A stretch of 64,000 bases of DNA from contig JANMCN010000276.1 of NCBI GenBank assembly GCA_031361295.1, forward strand, positions 771 to 64,770, given 5' to 3'. This stretch comes from Acidobacteriota bacterium. Lineage in GTDB: Bacteria > Acidobacteriota > Vicinamibacteria > Vicinamibacterales > 2-12-FULL-66-21. Below are positions 19,037 through 28,341 of this stretch, piece by piece. The first letter of the stretch is position 1; each line of letters begins with the position of its first letter. The notes under the pieces are model-generated. The model worked only from the letters and a program-made list of their open reading frames with translations, was not told the origin of the DNA and searched no databases. Made by a program: the position numbers and the translations under genes.

Positions 19037-19693
19037 CTACCGTTCCAGAAGCGCGGCTACTTCAGCCACGGTCGTCCGACCCGCATCGTTCTCGTACCAC
19101 GTCATCAGCTGTTCGTGCAGCGGTTGCTGCATGACGCTCTTCTGCTGCTCGAGAAACCACGCCTGCGCGGTCGACGGCCGCTCTACCCATGAGCCGACGA
19201 GATCCTTGTGCTCGGTCAGCACCACGACGGTCGGCGTCGCGGCGCGACCGTCCGGAGTCAAGTTGGCGTCCAGGGCGGGGCGACCGACCGTGGCATTGAC
19301 GATGCGCATGGCCAGGCGGCCGGGCGCCGCGTCAACGATCCTGGCGACGTACGGGATGGTGCGAACCGAATCCGCGCACCAGTCCTCCGCGACGGCGAGA
19401 ATCAGTCGGCGGCTGGGGAGCGCCCGCATGCGGGTGACGATGTCTGCCGTGACGGCGGCTTCGCTGTAACGTTCTCGCCATTCGTCGCGATTGGCGCGGG
19501 CCGTCTCCAGGAACTTGGCAAAGGTCAGTCCCCGGCTGTAAAGCGCGTCGTAGTCGGGATCCGCGGGGGGCGCCGCCGCCAGCCGCAGAGAGAAGCCGCC
19601 CGTGAGCCCCGCGGCCGCGCACAGGAGCAGCAGGGCGCGAATTGGCATCCGCGCGGCACAGCGGCCATCCTGGCGTCGGAGCGTGCGGGCCAT
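19037..19693 (-). CDS. thioredoxin-fold family protein, secreted
   Basis: Signal peptide is 'ALLLLCAAAGLTGGFSLRLAA'. 'AVAEDWCADSVRTIPYV' carries a WCxDS single-Cys variant at the position of the CxxC motif. Confidence 0.6.
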   Translation of the reverse strand: MARTLRRQDGRCAARMPIRALLLLCAAAGLTGGFSLRLAAAPPADPDYDALYSRGLTFAKFLETARANRDEWRERYSEAAVTADIVTRMRALPSRRLILAVAEDWCADSVRTIPYVARIVDAAPGRLAMRIVNATVGRPALDANLTPDGRAATPTVVVLTEHKDLVGSWVERPSTAQAWFLEQQKSVMQQPLHEQLMTWYENDAGRTTVAEVAALLER

Positions 19694-19748
19694 GCACGAA
19701 TCTTATGCGCACTCGAGCGGGAATGACAGTCCGGGTGGATTGGTTGCT

Positions 19749-19764
19749 GTGCGGACCGCCGCAC
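19749..19764 (-). terminator. small GC hairpin downstream of the BNR-propeller gene
   Basis: GTGCGG-accg-CCGCAC lies 80 nt past the stop at 19844. There is no U-tract. Confidence 0.25.
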
Positions 19765-19843
19765 CCGCCCTGCGTGTCCGGCTCAGCCCCTGCCGCGCAC
19801 ACCCGAAAGCAATGGGCTCATCCGACCACCGGGAGCCCGGGAT

Positions 19844-22201
19844 CTACCGGTCCTGGTGGAGCCGCACCGCATCGAGCGCCCACATTCCGCGGCCGTAGGT
19901 CGCGATCACCACGACGTGATCGCGCCGCTGATACTGCATGTCGGCCACCTGGACTGACGGGAGCGTCGAACCGAGCACCTGCCACCGGCGGCCGCCATCG
20001 ACCGACACGAACGGGCCGAAGTCCGTCCCGACATACAGGATGTCGGCGTCGGTCGGGTCTTCGCAGATCACGTTCACCGATCCGGCGGGCAGGTTGCTGA
20101 CGAGGCTCGTGAAAGTCCTGCCGAAGTCTGTCGACTTGTAGAGGTAAGGCGTGAAGTCGTCGTCTTCGCGGCCACGCTGCGCCACGTAGACGGTTCCCTC
20201 TGCGTGCTGCGAGGGGGCCACACTGGAGATCCATTTGCCTGCCATCAGACCTTCGGTCACCTCAGACCATCGCTTGCCATCGTCCGGCGTCACGTGCAGC
20301 CGCCCGTCGTCCGTGCCCGCATACAGGAGGCCCTGCCGGCGCGGAGACTCCGCCAGCGCCACAATCGTCTGGTACGGGATCCCGGCGGAGCTGCGCGGCA
20401 GCATGGCGGTAGCGACGTTGCCGGACAGATCGGCGCTGATGCGCTCCCACGTCTCTCCGCGATCCGGTGAGCGGAAGACGTACTGGTACCCGGCGTAAAT
20501 CGTGCGGGCCCTGTGGACCGAGGCGATGATGGGCGCCAGCCACTGGGCCCGGAGATCCGGGTCCTTCGGACGAATCAACGCGCTGCGGTGTCCGCCTGTT
20601 CTCGTTCTCGGGGCCCCTGCCGCAGGGATGCTCATGTCGTCGCGGGTGAAGTTGCCGTAGAACGTCTGCGAAAAGACGATGTTCGCCTCGGCGGGGTCGA
20701 TCGCGTGGCGCGACCCTTCTCCGCCCGGGGCATCGACCCAGTCGAGAGCGGGAATGCGGTCGCGGCCGTGCCTCAGGTCCACAGCACCTCGCCGGCTTCC
20801 GATATCCTGGATCGATCCGTAAGCCCAGGCCGGATCGCTCGAGTCGAGCGCAACATCGTAGAAGAGCGCGCCTCCCGCGGTCACGGCGTGCTTCCAGGCC
20901 GTGCCCGCATCCCTCGACGTGAACACGCCGCCGTCGTTGGCGTCGTACAAGATGGACGGGTTGGCCGGATCGATCCACAGCCCGTGATGATCGCCGTGAG
21001 GGACTTTTAGAGCCGTGAACGTCCTGCCGGCGTCGTGCGAGACATTGAGCCCCAGGCCGAGGGTGTAGAGCGTCTGCTGGTCGGATGGATCGACCCGGAT
21101 CTGCCCGAAGACCCATCCGTAAGTGCCGGAGTGGCCTGACATGAACGCGTTGGACGCCGACACCTTCCGCCATGTCGCCCCCTTGTCGTCGCTGCGGTAG
21201 ATCTCGGCTCCCGTGATTCGCGCTTCCACAATCGGGCGTTGATAGGAGTCCCGCTCGCCCTGCCGTGCAGCAGCCCCGGCCTCGTAGTTGTCCACGAAGG
21301 CGTAGAGAATGCGGGGATTCGATCGGGAGATGTCGAGACCGATGCGTCCGCGGACGCCGGCCGCGGGAAGGCCGGTGTTCGCGTCTGCCCAGCTATCCCC
21401 GCCGTCGGTGGTCTTCCAGACTCCGCTCTCCCCGTACCCGGGCTCCACACGCGGATCGCTCCACTTGCGACGAATGCGCTGCCACATGGCGACGTAGAGT
21501 GTATTCGGATCGGAGGGATCCATCACGAGGTCGATCGCCCCGGTGCGGGGGCTGCGATAGAAGATGTTTTTCCAGGTGCGCCCGCCGTCGGTGGTCTTGA
21601 ACACGCCGCGCTCGTCGTTGTCGGTCCACTCGTGTCCCGACGCCGCCACGTAGACCGTCTCCGCCTTCGTGGGATGGACCACGATGCGGCCAATCGTCTG
21701 CGTGGCGGTGAGCCCCATGTGCGCGAACGTCCGCCCGCCGTCGATCGACTTGTAAACGCCTACGCCGGGCATGGAGGCGCGGAAGATGTTCGATTCGCCT
21801 GTTCCCACCCACAGAATCTCTGGATTCGATGGAGCGACGGCCAGGTCTCCGATGCTGCTCGAGGCATCGTGCTCGAAAATCGGCTTCCAGGTTTCGCCGT
21901 TGTCGTCCGACTCCCAGACACCGCTCGTCGCAAAACCGGCATAGATGCGTCGTCCCGACGCAGTGTCGGCAACCGCGATGTCGGTGGCGCGGCCACTGAT
22001 GTTCGAGGGGCCGAGGTACTGCCAGGGAATTGCCGCATACGGCGAACTGCTCGCCATCGCGCGAAAGGTGTCATACCCCGCCCGCAGGTACTCGGCGTCG
22101 CCTTGCGGCAATCGCTGCGGCACGGAAGCCGGGCCGGGCGCGCCCCCGATCACACCGGCGGCCATCGCCGACGCGAGACATCTCCACAGTGTGCTGGCCA
22201 T
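19844..22201 (-). CDS. BNR/Asp-box repeat protein, sortilin/VPS10- or GH74-like double beta-propeller
   Basis: ATG 22201 is preceded by AGGAGG. The signal-like N-terminus is 'MASTLWRCLASAMAAGVIGGAPG'. There are about 11 Asp-boxes (SxDxGxTW), for example 'SDDNGETW', 'SIDGGRTF', 'TTDGGRTW', 'SDDKGATW', 'SPDRGETW' and 'SVDGGRRW'. Confidence 0.85.
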   Translation of the reverse strand: MASTLWRCLASAMAAGVIGGAPGPASVPQRLPQGDAEYLRAGYDTFRAMASSSPYAAIPWQYLGPSNISGRATDIAVADTASGRRIYAGFATSGVWESDDNGETWKPIFEHDASSSIGDLAVAPSNPEILWVGTGESNIFRASMPGVGVYKSIDGGRTFAHMGLTATQTIGRIVVHPTKAETVYVAASGHEWTDNDERGVFKTTDGGRTWKNIFYRSPRTGAIDLVMDPSDPNTLYVAMWQRIRRKWSDPRVEPGYGESGVWKTTDGGDSWADANTGLPAAGVRGRIGLDISRSNPRILYAFVDNYEAGAAARQGERDSYQRPIVEARITGAEIYRSDDKGATWRKVSASNAFMSGHSGTYGWVFGQIRVDPSDQQTLYTLGLGLNVSHDAGRTFTALKVPHGDHHGLWIDPANPSILYDANDGGVFTSRDAGTAWKHAVTAGGALFYDVALDSSDPAWAYGSIQDIGSRRGAVDLRHGRDRIPALDWVDAPGGEGSRHAIDPAEANIVFSQTFYGNFTRDDMSIPAAGAPRTRTGGHRSALIRPKDPDLRAQWLAPIIASVHRARTIYAGYQYVFRSPDRGETWERISADLSGNVATAMLPRSSAGIPYQTIVALAESPRRQGLLYAGTDDGRLHVTPDDGKRWSEVTEGLMAGKWISSVAPSQHAEGTVYVAQRGREDDDFTPYLYKSTDFGRTFTSLVSNLPAGSVNVICEDPTDADILYVGTDFGPFVSVDGGRRWQVLGSTLPSVQVADMQYQRRDHVVVIATYGRGMWALDAVRLHQDR

Positions 22202-22258
22202 GCGCCTCCTTGCGCTGTCGAATTGGCGATCTAACCACATGCGGCGTGAAAACACAGG

Positions 22259-22930
22259 ATGCTATCCTTGCGCATGATCGGCCTGCTTGTGTTTGATCTG
22301 GACGGCACCCTCGTCGACTCCCATCGCGACATCGCGAACGCCGCCAATGCACTCGTCGAAGAGCTCGGGGGCGCGCGGCTGTCCGATGCCGCCATTGTCG
22401 CGATGGTCGGCGAGGGGGCCGCTCTTCTGGTGCGGCGCGCGCTCGCGGCCGCGGGCATCGATCCTGCGACGCCCGGCGCCCTCGAACGCTTCCTCACGCT
22501 CTATGATGCCCGGCTGCTCGAGCACACGCGTCCGTACGATGGCACCATCGACGCGCTCCGCGCACTCGGCCGGCAGGCGCCGATGTCGGTGCTGACCAAC
22601 AAGCCCCAACGCCCGAGCGAACGCATCCTGGACGAACTTCAGCTGCGGAGGTACTTCGGAGAGGTCATCGGTGGGGACACCGCGTACGGACGGAAGCCGG
22701 ATCCGGCCGGCCTGCTGCACCTGGCGCAGGCGGCGGGCGTACCCGCGGAGCGGACGCTCATGGTCGGAGACTCGCCGGTGGATTTGCAGACGGCGCGGAA
22801 CGCGGGAGCGCAGATTTGCCTCGTCCGCTACGGTTTCGGCTACCGGTTCGCCCCCGAGGACTTCCGCGGAGACGAGCGATTCGCGGATTCACCCGCAGAC
22901 CTGCTGAAGGCGTTCGGCCCGCGCCCGTGA
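22259..22930 (+). CDS. HAD-IA hydrolase, phosphoglycolate phosphatase-like
   Basis: Motif I 'VFDLDGTLVDS', 'LTNKP' and motif IV 'MVGDSPVDLQTARNAG' are present. An alternative start is ATG 22274. Confidence 0.8.
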   Translation: MLSLRMIGLLVFDLDGTLVDSHRDIANAANALVEELGGARLSDAAIVAMVGEGAALLVRRALAAAGIDPATPGALERFLTLYDARLLEHTRPYDGTIDALRALGRQAPMSVLTNKPQRPSERILDELQLRRYFGEVIGGDTAYGRKPDPAGLLHLAQAAGVPAERTLMVGDSPVDLQTARNAGAQICLVRYGFGYRFAPEDFRGDERFADSPADLLKAFGPRP

Positions 22931-22949
22931 AGGCCCGTCGGCCCGTGTA

Positions 22950-24473
22950 TCAGCGCTCGTAGGACTCGCGCCGCGACGAGGCGGATTGCCTGATGAGGAA
23001 TTTCTCGGGTTCGGCCCAGAATGCCCCGCGCAGCTCGCCGAGCGACGAGGCGCCGCCGTAGCTGATCGACGAACAGACATGCTTGATCATGTCGCGGACA
23101 ATTGTCCGGGCCGGGCCGCGTGCAGGCACGCTGATTTCCATGCCTTCCGCGCCAATCGCGTCGAGCTCCACCGTGTCCGCGTCTTCGACGTCGAGCCTGT
23201 CCCGAATCGCTTCGAGTGACGCCATCCCTCTCAGGACTTTGAAGGGCACCTTCACCGCTTTCTGCGATTCCGGCAGGACGACCGATTTGTGCACGACTTC
23301 GCCGGGCGCCTCTTCGGTGCCGGCGAACGCGCTGCCGAGCATCACGCAATCACCGCCGAAGAGGAGTGCTTCGAGGATCGCGCCGTGCCGCTTGATGCCC
23401 CCGTCTGCGATGATCGTGACGTCGGATCCGGCCACGGCCAGCCGGCAGTCGACCAGCGCCTGGACCTGCGGCACGCCGAAGCTCGTGGTCATGCGCGTCG
23501 TGCATCCGCCTCCCGGACCGATTCCCACCTTGATGCCATCCGCGCCGCGGTCCTTCAGGAACCGCGCGCCCTCAGACGTCGCGACATTGCCCGCGATCAG
23601 CTCGGTATCCGGGAACGTCTTCCTGAACTGCGCCAGCGCCCGTTCCATCACGACCGAATGACCGTGTGCGATGTCGATGACGAGCACGTCCACCCCCGCT
23701 CGAATCAGCTCGGTGGCGCGCTCGATGTAGTCACCCGTGGCGCCGATCGCCGCGCCGACCCGCAGGCGCCCGCGCGCGTCGCGCGTCGCGAAGGGCATCC
23801 GACGCCGCCGCACGAGATCGCGCGACGTGATCAGGCCGAGAAGGACCCCGCCCCGATCCACGAGCGGCAGCTTCTTCACCTTGCGCTCCACCATCACGCG
23901 CTCGGCGCCGTCCGGATCGAGGGGCCCTTCGTGGACGACGAGCTGTGCCACCGGCGTCATCCGATCGGACACGCGCGCGCCGCGGCGGCCGACGAACCGC
24001 ATGTCTCGCTCCGTCAGCAGTCCGACGAGCCGATGCGTGTCGTCGAGAACGACCAGCGTGCCGACACGCGAGCGCGCCATGAGCGCCGCCGCGGCATCGA
24101 GCGACGCGGCAGGGCCGATGCTGGAAGGGTCGGTGATCACGCCGTGCTGCGTGCGCTTGACGATCTCGACCTCCCGGACCTGCGGTTCGATCTCCCCCGG
24201 CCGGAAACCACGATCGATGATCCCGATGCCGCCCTCCTCCGCCTGCACGATGGCCATCGGCGCCCGCGTGACCGTGTCCATGTTGGCGGAGACGATTGGC
24301 CGTTTGAGCGTGAGCCGGCGCGACAGCTGTGATGCCAGATCGATCGTCGTCGGATCCCGGCGTTCGAGCACGCTCCGCTGGGGCGAGAGGATGAAGTCGT
24401 CGAACGTGCATCCGCGCACCGCCTCGAGAAGGCGGCGTCCGACGGCAGCATCGATGGCGGGGAATGCGGACAT
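22950..24473 (-). CDS. guaB: IMP dehydrogenase family protein (CBS-pair containing)
   Basis: 507 aa. Motifs are 'FDDFILSPQ', 'PIVSANMDTVT', a tandem CBS region, the Cys loop 'IKVGIGPGGGCTTR', 'GSAFAGTEEAPGE' and 'RGMASLEA'. The Cys loop deviates from the canonical G-x-G-S-[LIVM]-C-x-T signature. Confidence 0.8.
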   Translation of the reverse strand: MSAFPAIDAAVGRRLLEAVRGCTFDDFILSPQRSVLERRDPTTIDLASQLSRRLTLKRPIVSANMDTVTRAPMAIVQAEEGGIGIIDRGFRPGEIEPQVREVEIVKRTQHGVITDPSSIGPAASLDAAAALMARSRVGTLVVLDDTHRLVGLLTERDMRFVGRRGARVSDRMTPVAQLVVHEGPLDPDGAERVMVERKVKKLPLVDRGGVLLGLITSRDLVRRRRMPFATRDARGRLRVGAAIGATGDYIERATELIRAGVDVLVIDIAHGHSVVMERALAQFRKTFPDTELIAGNVATSEGARFLKDRGADGIKVGIGPGGGCTTRMTTSFGVPQVQALVDCRLAVAGSDVTIIADGGIKRHGAILEALLFGGDCVMLGSAFAGTEEAPGEVVHKSVVLPESQKAVKVPFKVLRGMASLEAIRDRLDVEDADTVELDAIGAEGMEISVPARGPARTIVRDMIKHVCSSISYGGASSLGELRGAFWAEPEKFLIRQSASSRRESYER

Positions 24474-24515
24474 GCCTCCAATACTACATACTTGGTGAAG
24501 TCGTCGGCTATCGGC

Positions 24516-24592
24516 GATCAGTCAAGCAGTGATCAGTGACCAGTCGCCAGTCGCGAGTCGCCAGTGAGACGCGAATCTGGAACTGGCCAGTG
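24516..24592. repeat. heptanucleotide tandem array (NNNCAGT x7) plus one outlying unit
   Basis: The units read gatcagt caagcagt gatcagt gaccagt cgccagt cgcgagt cgccagt. The T of AGT falls at 24522, 30, 37, 44, 51, 58 and 65. An outlying ggccagt ends at 24591. The array lies in the 154-bp divergent spacer between guaB and the Nudix gene. Confidence 0.8.
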
Positions 24593-24627
24593 GCTCCAGG
24601 TAAACAGAGCCCAGGCCTGAGACGCCC

Positions 24628-25266
24628 GTGCCGTTGAAAGACATCGAGCAACTGTTACGCGAACGGCTGAAGGGAACACTCCCCGGCATCGAGGCGCAGA
24701 TGCGTTTCGCTCCGCAGCCGCTGCGACCCGAATGGCGCGCCGGCCACTTCCCCGCCGATTCGCGGACCGCCGCGGCGCTCCTGCTGCTCTACCCTGGCGT
24801 ATCCGGACCGGCGATTGCCCTGACGGTCCGATCGAGCGGCCTCGCGCGACACGCGGGGCAGGTCAGCCTGCCGGGCGGCGCGACGGATCCAGGCGAGACG
24901 CTGGCCGAGGCCGCACTGCGTGAAGCCGCTGAAGAAATCGGGGTCGATGCCGAACGCGTGCGGGTACTCGGAGAACTGACCCCCGTCCACGTGCTGGTGA
25001 GCGGGTTCACGCTCCACCCCATCGTGGGCGTGACGGATGGGCGCCCGGACTTCCTGGCATCGCCGGGTGAGGTCCAGGACATCCTCGAGGTGTCGCTGCA
25101 CGACTTGCGCGACGCCTCGCGAATCCGGCAGGGCACCCGGCTTCGCGAAGGCGTCGCGGTGGAGTATCCCTACTTCGATCTGCTCGGCCACCAGGTGTGG
25201 GGCGCCACCGCCATGGTGCTCGGCGAATTCATCTGCCTGCTCGCCGCGGGGGATGCCGCCCCGTGA
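24628..25266 (+). CDS. NUDIX hydrolase, CoA pyrophosphatase (NudL-like)
   Basis: GTG start. The Nudix box is 'GGATDPGETLAEAALREAAEEIGV'. It is preceded by 'LTVRSSGLARHAGQVSLPGG', which is typical of CoA pyrophosphatases. Confidence 0.85.
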   Translation: MPLKDIEQLLRERLKGTLPGIEAQMRFAPQPLRPEWRAGHFPADSRTAAALLLLYPGVSGPAIALTVRSSGLARHAGQVSLPGGATDPGETLAEAALREAAEEIGVDAERVRVLGELTPVHVLVSGFTLHPIVGVTDGRPDFLASPGEVQDILEVSLHDLRDASRIRQGTRLREGVAVEYPYFDLLGHQVWGATAMVLGEFICLLAAGDAAP

Positions 25267-25282
25267 GCCGGTTGACGCCGCC

Positions 25283-25918
25283 TCACTTGTTTGGCTGTGG
25301 CGTCACGCGAAGGTAAGGCTTTTTCGTCACGAATCCCTTCGGGAACTTCTTTCTTGCGTCCTCGTCACTCACCGAATTCACCACGATCACGTCGTCGCCG
25401 TCCTTCCAGTCGGCGGGCGTCGCGACCGAATGCGTGGCAGTGAGCTGCATCGAGTCGATCACACGGAGCAGCTCCTGGAAATTGCGACCGGTGCTCGCGG
25501 GATACGTGAGCGTCAGCTTGACCTTGTTGTCGGGACCGACGATGAACACGGACCGGACGGTCATCGTGTCGCTCGCGTTCGGGTGGATCATGCCGTACAG
25601 ATCCGCGACCTTCTTGTCAGGGTCGGCGATCATCGGAAAGTTGACGGCGTGACCCGTGACCTCCTCGATGTCCCCTTCCCACTTCATGTGGGAATCCACG
25701 GGATCGACGCTCAAACCGATCACCTTCGTATTGCGCTTGTCGAATTCCCCCTTCAGGGCGGCGACGGCGCCAAGCTCGGTGGTGCACACCGGGGTGAAAT
25801 CCTTCGGGTGCGAGAAGAGCACCGCCCAGCTGTTTCCCTTCCACTGGTGGAAATCGACCGGGCCCTGCGTGGTGTCGGCCTTGAAATTGGGGGCTTCGTC
25901 TCCGAGGCGGATGGACAT
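25283..25918 (-). CDS. 1-Cys peroxiredoxin (Prx6 subfamily)
   Basis: 'APNFKADTTQGPVDFHQWKGNSWAVLFSHPKDFTPVCTTELG' is present. Length is 211 aa. Confidence 0.92.
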   Translation of the reverse strand: MSIRLGDEAPNFKADTTQGPVDFHQWKGNSWAVLFSHPKDFTPVCTTELGAVAALKGEFDKRNTKVIGLSVDPVDSHMKWEGDIEEVTGHAVNFPMIADPDKKVADLYGMIHPNASDTMTVRSVFIVGPDNKVKLTLTYPASTGRNFQELLRVIDSMQLTATHSVATPADWKDGDDVIVVNSVSDEDARKKFPKGFVTKKPYLRVTPQPNK

Positions 25919-25929
25919 GTCGAACTCCT

Positions 25930-26382
25930 CTATAGAACAAACGGAATCACACGCGCCGTTCGCGCCTGATAGGCCGGATACTCCGTGTACGTGCGCGCGA
26001 GCAGCTGCTCTTCAGCATACATGCGGACGGCCGCTCCCGCAGTTGTCACGATTGCCGCGGCGATGCTGAATCCGGAATGGTAGTCGAGGGCGGCAGCCCA
26101 GACGAAATACAGCACGGCGGCGTAAATCGGATGGCGAAGCACGGCGTAAGGACCGCTCATGACGAGGCGTCCTTCGGTCGGGTTCGCACCCGCGTGGAAG
26201 CTGCGCGATCCGAACGTGACGCGCGCTGCGACCATCAACCCGATCGCCAGGACCTGCACGCCGAGGGCGACCGCACTGCGCGGTACGAGCTGGTGCTGCT
26301 GAACCAGCCCGACGATGCCGGCGACCATCAACCCGAATCCGATCAGGGAGCGTGGCGTCGAATTCATCCGGTCGTGCGTCAC
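25930..26382 (-). CDS. isoprenylcysteine carboxyl methyltransferase (ICMT/PEMT) family membrane protein
   Basis: 'LVMSGPYAVLRHPIYAAVLYFVWAAAL' is present in a 150-aa multi-TM protein. Confidence 0.75.
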   Translation of the reverse strand: MTHDRMNSTPRSLIGFGLMVAGIVGLVQQHQLVPRSAVALGVQVLAIGLMVAARVTFGSRSFHAGANPTEGRLVMSGPYAVLRHPIYAAVLYFVWAAALDYHSGFSIAAAIVTTAGAAVRMYAEEQLLARTYTEYPAYQARTARVIPFVL

Positions 26383-26587
26383 CGTCGTCCTCCGGGGACG
26401 TGGCTGGACGACGGTTCAGCATAGCGCACGGCGGGATAAAGGGAGGGGGCGCGGCAGCGCGCTGTGGATGACGCCGACACTTGCCGTGTTCGCCCCGACC
26501 CCGAGCCCGAGGGTGACGAAGCGGGCCGCCCCCCTGCGCCAATCGCGACGTCGTTCCACGGGGTTGAACGCGGTACAATGGAGGGAT

Positions 26588-28306
26588 ATGCGAAGACTGC
26601 TCCTGCTGGGTGGGATGATGGTTTGCGTGGCGGGGTGCAAGAGCCCGCAGACCAATTCCGCCGCGCAGCCGACGTCCGCTCCTGCGCCGCTGGCGCTTGC
26701 CGCGATGCCCCGCATCGAAGCGGAGCCGATCCTCGGGCACATCAAGGTGCTGGCGTCGGACGAGTACGAAGGGCGTGCGCCGGGCACGAAGGGAGAGGAA
26801 CTGTCTGTTCGCTACATCGAAGGGCAGTTCAAGCAGCTCGGGCTCGAGCCCGGCAATCCTGACGGCACGTATGTCCAGAATGTGCCGCTGGTCGGCATCA
26901 CGGCGAAAGAGACGACACCCCTGACGATCACGAAGGGGTCGCAGAAGCAGACGTTCAAGTGGGCCGATCAGGTGGTCGCCTGGTCGAAACATGTCGCCGA
27001 GACCGCGTCGCTCGAACAGTCCGATGTCGTGTTCGCGGGCTACGGAGTCGAGGCGCCAGAATTCACCTGGAGCGATTTCAAGGACGTGGACGTGAAGGGC
27101 AAGACCATCCTCGTTCTCGTCAACGACCCCGCGGTGCCGGACCCGTCGGACCCCTCAAAGCTCGATTCCAAGGTGTTCGGCGGCGACGCGATGACGTACT
27201 ACGGGCGCTGGACGTACAAGTTCGAAGAGGGCGCACGGCGCGGCGCGGCCGGGATCCTCGTCATTCACGAGACCGGGCCGGCCGGGTACCCGTTCTCCGT
27301 CGTGCAGGGCAATCTTCAAGAAAAGTTCGACCTGGTCACGCCCGACAAGAACAAGAACCGGGCGGCCATCGAGGGCTGGATCACGCTCGAGGCGGCGAAG
27401 CAGATCCTGACGATGGGCGGGCAGGACTTCGACGCGCTCAAGAAGCAGGCGCTGACGCGCGACTTCAAGCCGGTCTCCCTCGGACTCAAAGCCTCGCTGG
27501 CCCTCGCAAACACCCTGCGCACGATTGACTCTCGGAACGTCGTGGCGAAGCTCGAGGGTAGCGACGCGCGTCTCAAGGACGAGTACGTCGTCTACTCCGC
27601 GCACTGGGATCACCTCGGCGTCGGCGCACCGGTCAAGGGGGACCGGATCTACAACGGCGCGCTCGACAATGCGTCCGGAGTCGCCTCGGTGCTCGAGATT
27701 GCGCGGGCCTTCACGAAGGTCCAGCCGCCGCCGAAGCGCTCCATCCTGTTCCTGATGGTCACGGCCGAGGAACAGGGCCTCCTCGGGTCACAGTATTACT
27801 CGCTCAACCCCTTGTATCCGCTTGTGAAGACCGCCGCCAACATCAACATCGATGGCGTCAACCAGTGGGGCCGCACGAAGGATCTCACCGTCGTGGGCAT
27901 GGGCGCCTCGAACCTGGACGAATACCTCCGGGTCGCGGCCGCGGAGCAGGGGCGGACGCTCCGCGGCGATCCTGAGCCCGAAAAGGGGTTCTACTACCGC
28001 TCGGACCATTTCAACTTCGCGAAGCAAGGTGTGCCTGCGCTCGATCCGGACGCCGGGATCGATTACGTCGGCCGGAGTGCGGACTACGGGAAGAAGAAGC
28101 GCGACCAGTACAACAACGTCGACTACCACGCCCCGTCGGACCAGGTGAAGCCCGACTGGGACCTCTCCGGCGCCGCCGACGACGACCAGCTGCTGTTTGC
28201 CGTCGGCTACCGGGTGGCGAATGCCGCTACGCGACCCGAGTGGACGGCAGGGAACGAATTCAAGGCCAAGCGCGACGGAATGCTGAAACAACAGTCATCA
28301 CGCTGA
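26588..28306 (+). CDS. M28 family aminopeptidase lipoprotein with PA domain
   Basis: ATG 26588 follows GGAGGGA. The lipobox is 'LLLLGGMMVCVAGC'. Motifs are 'YSAHWDHLG', 'NGALDNASGVASVLE', 'LFLMVTAEEQGLLGSQYY' and 'YYRSDHFNFAKQGVP'. The ORF track's upstream extension (26315) lacks support. Confidence 0.88.
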   Translation: MRRLLLLGGMMVCVAGCKSPQTNSAAQPTSAPAPLALAAMPRIEAEPILGHIKVLASDEYEGRAPGTKGEELSVRYIEGQFKQLGLEPGNPDGTYVQNVPLVGITAKETTPLTITKGSQKQTFKWADQVVAWSKHVAETASLEQSDVVFAGYGVEAPEFTWSDFKDVDVKGKTILVLVNDPAVPDPSDPSKLDSKVFGGDAMTYYGRWTYKFEEGARRGAAGILVIHETGPAGYPFSVVQGNLQEKFDLVTPDKNKNRAAIEGWITLEAAKQILTMGGQDFDALKKQALTRDFKPVSLGLKASLALANTLRTIDSRNVVAKLEGSDARLKDEYVVYSAHWDHLGVGAPVKGDRIYNGALDNASGVASVLEIARAFTKVQPPPKRSILFLMVTAEEQGLLGSQYYSLNPLYPLVKTAANINIDGVNQWGRTKDLTVVGMGASNLDEYLRVAAAEQGRTLRGDPEPEKGFYYRSDHFNFAKQGVPALDPDAGIDYVGRSADYGKKKRDQYNNVDYHAPSDQVKPDWDLSGAADDDQLLFAVGYRVANAATRPEWTAGNEFKAKRDGMLKQQSSR

Positions 28307-28341
28307 CCGCGATCGGTTCAGCTCATTCAGGAAGAGAACAC

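Noticed and set aside
16595-19693. Genomic island or mobile element hypothesis for the minus-strand string GNAT-GNAT-M48-membrane-thioredoxin.
   Set aside because: There is no integrase, transposase, flanking direct repeat or tRNA. Only one gene is compositionally unusual.
26315-26587. Upstream extensions of real genes offered by the ORF track. These are 26315 for the M28 lipoprotein, 36198 for pepT, 28240 for bacilliredoxin, 33947..34579 for yeaQ-like, 40949..41362 for the HAD gene, 16596..16919 for TrmH, 42687 for the thioesterase and 51455 for GMC.
   Set aside because: The extensions are low-complexity and overlap neighbouring genes. Internal starts give proper signal peptides, RBSs or conserved N-termini.
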